Source of the DNA: a virus
Taxonomy: Duplodnaviria; Caudoviricetes
Length of the DNA stretch: 59,179 nucleotides
IMG/VR virus record: IMGVR_UViG_3300021560_000020
Span: 1-59,179 of that record
Reading direction: 5' to 3' (one strand)
Shown here: one piece after another, positions 54,994-59,179 of the stretch
Position numbering within the stretch: the first letter of the stretch is position 1
Layout: each line of letters begins with the position of its first letter
The notes under the pieces: generated by a model
What the model was told of the DNA's origin: nothing
Database searches by the model: none
Seen by the model: the letters and a program-made list of their open reading frames with translations, nothing else
Position numbers and translations under genes: made by a program

Positions 54994-55454
54994 TGAGAGG
55001 TTTTGTTCGCCTAGCACGCTGGCAGCACGGCAGGCTCCTGTGGGTGCGCGAGCAGGAAAATCTGATAGTCAGTGCCGCGCTGCCGTTGATCGCGCATCTG
55101 GTTGGCGGCGGCCCCAGCAGCAATGCCATCGCCGCCTTCGGCATAGGTTCCGGCACCACCGCACCAGCGATTGCCGATACCGTACTGGTCGCCCCGGCCT
55201 ACTACAAAGCCCTGTCGGCACCGACCTATCCGCAGGCCGGTCAGGTCCAGTTTACCTGGACCATTACCGGCGCTGGCGATCCCGGCGCGGTCGGTCTCAA
55301 CGGGCAGGAACTGGGCATCTTCGCCAATACCGGCGCGGCAACCCTGCCCAGCACCAGCAGCAGCGGACTTACCATGTATGCCCATCTGTTGATGGCGGTC
55401 GGCCCGATACTGAGTACCGGAACCTATACCGGCACCTGGACCTTCGTGGCCTAG
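54990..55454 (+). CDS. Tail fibre-proximal hypothetical protein
   Basis: NLIV, G.G.G...P...DT.L, E.G.F, W...F pattern. Confidence 0.65.
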   Translation: MMRGFVRLARWQHGRLLWVREQENLIVSAALPLIAHLVGGGPSSNAIAAFGIGSGTTAPAIADTVLVAPAYYKALSAPTYPQAGQVQFTWTITGAGDPGAVGLNGQELGIFANTGAATLPSTSSSGLTMYAHLLMAVGPILSTGTYTGTWTFVA

Positions 55455-55471
55455 ACGCGGCGGGAAAGCTC

Positions 55472-56059
55472 ATGGCCAATCTTTCAGCCAACAGCGGTTA
55501 TGTCTGGACCGACAACGATGTCTATTCCATCGCGCTCAACGATAACGTGGAGGGTGCAGGCAGCGGGGCCAGCTTTGGCGGCATCGGCATCGACAACGAG
55601 CCGCATCAGGTCCTGCTCAACAAAGTTCAGTTGACCCATCAGAAGCAGGTTGCCGACGAAAGCAATATCACTGCGCTGCTGGCGTTTCAGGCGCTGTTCA
55701 CTTCCCATGCGGGGACCAACGGTTGGCTCAAGGCAGGATTCCAGGATACCGCGCTTGGACAGATCGATGTGATCTTGCAATGGGGCACGATCGTTATCTC
55801 CAGCAGCGGGGGCAACCTCGCGGCCAGCTACAGTCTTAACTTCGGGTTTCCTCTCGCGTTTCCCAATAATTGCTGGAATGTGGTCGGCTCAATGCTGGGC
55901 TTTGCGCCCATCGCGCTGACCAATGCTTCGGTCTGGCTGTTCTTCGAGGCCATCGCCAAAACCGGCGCCAGGGCTCGGATTGGCACTAATTATCCGGGCA
56001 CCAATCTAATAGTCACCAGTCCGCCAGCAGGCGTCACCTGGATGGCGATCGGGTATTGA
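55472..56059 (+). CDS. Short tail fibre/adaptor with gp53-like C-terminal domain
   Basis: NGW.K, ILQWG, FP.AFPN.C, W.AIGY. Confidence 0.75.
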   Translation: MANLSANSGYVWTDNDVYSIALNDNVEGAGSGASFGGIGIDNEPHQVLLNKVQLTHQKQVADESNITALLAFQALFTSHAGTNGWLKAGFQDTALGQIDVILQWGTIVISSSGGNLAASYSLNFGFPLAFPNNCWNVVGSMLGFAPIALTNASVWLFFEAIAKTGARARIGTNYPGTNLIVTSPPAGVTWMAIGY

Positions 56060-56060
56060 A

Positions 56061-58958
56061 ATGCGAAGCAAGCAGAATCGGCGCAAACGCTACTGGTGCT
56101 GGACCGGCCTGGCCGTACTGCTGGTCTGGTTCAACGTGCGGCAGGCGGGCGCGCAATGCAATCCGATTCCGCCCGGTCTCTCAGGCTCGGCCTACCAGAA
56201 CGCGGTCAACGCCAAGTTCTGCGGCACCGACACCAGTTCGCCGCAAATCGCCCATGTGCTGGCCGCCAACCTGCCCGCCAGCGTAACCAACGGCCTGCTG
56301 TACTACGTTGACGATGGCCTGCCCGGGTCGGTTCCCTGTCAGGGCGGCGGCTCTGGCGCGATTGCCCAGGGCATCAACGGGGTCTGGACCTGCGGTGCGC
56401 CGGGCGGCGGCGGCACGCCGACCACCGCCTGCGGGCAGAGCGCGATAGTTCTGTCCTCCGGCGGCACCGCGACCTACTCCGACGCCTGTGTGACGACGAC
56501 GAGCTACTGTTCGTGCCGCGATCAGACCGATCCGTCGCAGGCCTGCTATGCGGACAATGCGACGGCAGGCTCGGTGGTCCTGTACGGCAACGCCAGCGAT
56601 CAGGTGCAGGCGCTTTGTGCTATCAAGTCGCCGGTATACCCGGCGGTTTCTTCGTGCGTCGGGACGCTAAATTTATCAAGTGGCAGCGGGACGTTTTCTA
56701 ATTCGTGCATAGTCGCGCAGAGCTACTGCTCATGCCGCGATCAGACGGTCACCAGCAATTCCTGTTACGCCGACAATCCGACGGCCGGCTCGGTACTCCT
56801 GCATGGCAATGCGAACGACGCGATTCAGGCGATCTGTTCGCCCATCGCGCCGGTCTCGAACACGCCGATTCAGGCCTGCACCGCGGCAGTTCTGCTGGCA
56901 AGCGGCACGGCGAGCTTCGTCAATTCATGCGTGACCGCGCAGAGCTACTGCGCCTGCCGCGACGTGACCACGCCGGGCACCGCCTGCTACACCGACAATC
57001 CGGCGGCCAATAGCGTCGTGCTGCATGGTTCAGGCTCGGACGTAGTACAGGCGCAGTGTTCTTCCCAGGGACCGGTCAGCGCGCCCAGCGTGGCGAACTA
57101 CACCGGCCCGATCAATATGACGGGCGTCTCGACCAACGGCAGCGATGCGATCACCAGTGCCAACATCAACGGCACCGTCTATGCGCCGACCTATGGCGTC
57201 AAGTGCGACAATCTAAACGACCAGACGGCAAACTTGCAGGCCGCCATAAGTGGCACGCAGACCTTCTCCGGGACCACTCTCGGCACGGTCTATCTGCCCG
57301 CGAGTTGCAATGCTGCGACGGGCCATCAGTTGAAGCTCAATTCAACCGTGACCCTGCCCAGCCATACCAAGCTCATCGGCCTGGGCGGCGAGTGCCACGA
57401 AGGCGATAACAACTGCGTGACGATCAACTGCGCGGGCGCGAGCGGCACCTGCATGTCGAGTACCAATACCAGTGGCGCGGGCCTTGAGAATATCCGCCTG
57501 GTTAATACCGGAAGCGAAACTACGGGCCTCGATCTCGCGGGGGTTTTCAGTTTCTCCATGAAAGGAGCCGGGGCCGAAAATTTCGGCAATTACGGCATCC
57601 TGCTCGAAGATTCGTCCAGCGCCAGCACGATCTACAATAATTTTCAGGACTGTTACGGCTACCGCAGCGGCATCGGGCTTTACCTGTGGCAGCACAATGC
57701 CACCAAGTCGGTCAACGGCAACCAGTTCACCAACTGCCGCTTCCTGCAATCGACCGGCACCGCCAACGTGCGTATAACCGGGATCGCCAACGAAAATGTA
57801 TTCAGCGTGCTTGATATTAGCCACGGACCGCTGGCCATCGTGCCGCCGACCGTGTCAGGCATGCTGATCGACAATTATTCAGGGCGCGATACGGTTTTGA
57901 GCGGAGTTACCGCAGAAGGTCTCGGCACGATTTTTAATTTTGGTGCAGGGGTGGCGGGCTTTGTCGCGACGGGGGTTGATGGAGGATTTTTCAGCGGCGT
58001 TGCCGGGACGCCCATAGTTGCCGATCCTACCGCGCTGTATGACATCTCATGGGGCGCGTTCGGCAATACCGCGGTCGAACGCGACCAGGCACCATCGAAC
58101 GTCAATCGCCTGGGCTTTGGACAGATTAATGGCTACCAGGATCCGACCGGACAACTCGGCGGCGGCTACCTGCAAAATCTCGTAACCAACAGCGAAGCGC
58201 TGACCAATGCCGCGTGGGTCAAAGTCAACGCGGGCGCGCAGAGCATCACGGATAATGTTGCCGACGCGGCGTGCGCGCCGCAATGTGGTTCGATTGCAGG
58301 CGGCAGCCCGACCGCCTCGCGCGTTGCGCTGACCGGAACTCTGGCGTCGTGCAGCGGCCCAACCTGCACTTCCAGCAACGCCTGGGTGCGGCAGAGCTAC
58401 GCGAACGGCGGCGAGATTCAGAACACCTGCTTTACCTTGAAGGAATGGTTCAAGCTCGATCCGATTTCGACCGGCACGCCGCCTGCCTATATTGGCATTG
58501 CCTTGCAGGACAATGCGGCGGGCAATCAGATATCGTCCAACTACTCGCTGACCAGCACGCCAACCTGGGCGGTCGTCAAGAACTGCTATACCAATATCGG
58601 CACAGGCCATACGAGCGTGTTGGCCTATGCGGTCAAGGTTGATGGCGCCAATAATCTGACGGCGCAGAACGGCATTGTCATCGACGTGTGGGGCATTCAG
58701 TTGCAGAAATCCGGCGGCTACGGGCCGTATCTCAAGACCACTTCGAGCGCAATTACGGGGACGGTTTCGGGACTGGCGGCGCCGGTGACCTACAACACGG
58801 GTTTCGGGTTCTCACAGTTGGCCAGCTATCTGACGGCTGACGGCATGACCGGCTACTGCAAGGACTGCGCGAACGGCGGCACCGAGGGTGGTTCGTGCGT
58901 CGGTTCCGGTTCAGGGCAATTCGTCTTGCGGGCGAATGGGTTTTACAAATGCTTTTGA
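56061..58958 (+). CDS. Signal-peptide-bearing Cys-rich tailspike-like protein (3 Cys repeats, beta-helix, CBM-like domain)
   Basis: Basic n-region, h-region, AGA|Q; YGVKCD..DQT..LQAAI..VYLP cap; NL..NSE.L....W and WG.QL CBM-like region; ...KCF end. Confidence 0.8.
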   Translation: MRSKQNRRKRYWCWTGLAVLLVWFNVRQAGAQCNPIPPGLSGSAYQNAVNAKFCGTDTSSPQIAHVLAANLPASVTNGLLYYVDDGLPGSVPCQGGGSGAIAQGINGVWTCGAPGGGGTPTTACGQSAIVLSSGGTATYSDACVTTTSYCSCRDQTDPSQACYADNATAGSVVLYGNASDQVQALCAIKSPVYPAVSSCVGTLNLSSGSGTFSNSCIVAQSYCSCRDQTVTSNSCYADNPTAGSVLLHGNANDAIQAICSPIAPVSNTPIQACTAAVLLASGTASFVNSCVTAQSYCACRDVTTPGTACYTDNPAANSVVLHGSGSDVVQAQCSSQGPVSAPSVANYTGPINMTGVSTNGSDAITSANINGTVYAPTYGVKCDNLNDQTANLQAAISGTQTFSGTTLGTVYLPASCNAATGHQLKLNSTVTLPSHTKLIGLGGECHEGDNNCVTINCAGASGTCMSSTNTSGAGLENIRLVNTGSETTGLDLAGVFSFSMKGAGAENFGNYGILLEDSSSASTIYNNFQDCYGYRSGIGLYLWQHNATKSVNGNQFTNCRFLQSTGTANVRITGIANENVFSVLDISHGPLAIVPPTVSGMLIDNYSGRDTVLSGVTAEGLGTIFNFGAGVAGFVATGVDGGFFSGVAGTPIVADPTALYDISWGAFGNTAVERDQAPSNVNRLGFGQINGYQDPTGQLGGGYLQNLVTNSEALTNAAWVKVNAGAQSITDNVADAACAPQCGSIAGGSPTASRVALTGTLASCSGPTCTSSNAWVRQSYANGGEIQNTCFTLKEWFKLDPISTGTPPAYIGIALQDNAAGNQISSNYSLTSTPTWAVVKNCYTNIGTGHTSVLAYAVKVDGANNLTAQNGIVIDVWGIQLQKSGGYGPYLKTTSSAITGTVSGLAAPVTYNTGFGFSQLASYLTADGMTGYCKDCANGGTEGGSCVGSGSGQFVLRANGFYKCF
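56420..57060 (+). repeat. Three intragenic repeats of about 73 aa (about 220 bp), six Cys each
   Basis: C...L.SG......C....SYC.CRD.T.....CY.DN..A.SV.L.G...D..QA.C x3; gagctactg...tgccgcga at about 56501, 56720 and 56942. Confidence 0.9.
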
Positions 58959-59179
58959 AGCGTCTGATCGTGATCCTATTGCTCTTGTGGCCACTCGCAG
59001 CTCGTGCAGAAGTCGGCGGCAGCCACGGCATCGGCAATTTCAGCGGTCCGATCAATATGACCGGCACCAGCGGCAACGGCAGCGATGCCATCAACAAGGT
59101 CTCAGTTAACGGGGTGCTTAATGCACTGGCCTTCGCTGGTAGCGATATTGGCGCTCAGACCAACGCCGCTATTGCTGCG
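58949..59179 (+). CDS. Next tailspike-like paralog, 5' part only (runs off the window)
   Basis: MLLKRLIVILLLLWPLAARA|EVGGSHGIGNFSGPINMTGTSGNGSDAIN, homologous to the N-terminus of 172-1698; not in the ORF track. Confidence 0.85.
   Translation, partial: MLLKRLIVILLLLWPLAARAEVGGSHGIGNFSGPINMTGTSGNGSDAINKVSVNGVLNALAFAGSDIGAQTNAAIAA

Noticed and set aside
56061-59179. Diversity-generating retroelement or invertase shufflon acting on the spike genes
   Set aside because: No reverse transcriptase or recombinase in the window, no TR/VR pair differing only at adenines, and the paralogs are co-oriented.
1-59179. tRNA or rRNA genes
   Set aside because: No cloverleaf with T-loop and CCA, and no rRNA-like stretch recognised by eye. 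A tRNAscan-SE run would be needed to exclude them formally.

Overview
The window is most or all of a GC-rich, myovirus-type phage or prophage genome. It has a Mu-like head (terminase, DUF935 portal, MuF, I protease, T capsid, gp36/gpG/gp37) and a P2-like contractile tail and baseplate. Replication and recombination genes are a Prim-Pol/AAA primase-helicase with a candidate origin, a PD-(D/E)XK nuclease, a putative annealing protein and RusA. A ParB plus GREB1/TAGT-like glycosyltransferase cluster sits beside the terminase. I see no integrase or transposase. Paralogous tailspike-like genes at both window ends suggest the sequence is broken inside a repeated gene array. The most striking content is RNA-level. 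(1) The leftward early operon (about 22-30.7 kb) is punctuated, between stop codons and the next RBS, by six covarying permuted (P5-type) twister-like ribozymes and one type-III hammerhead, which would cut the polycistronic mRNA into mostly single-gene pieces. (2) A roughly 70-nt promoter- and terminator-bounded small RNA at 21876-21945 displays a loop complementary to the shared GGAGAU(AA)...GAUG start region of a dozen or more early genes. (3) A tandem array of Cys-rich beta-helix tailspike-like proteins carries Sec signal peptides and is chained by a conserved KCF-stop/MLLKR-start overlap. All calls come from reading the sequence by eye. No searches or folding programs were run.
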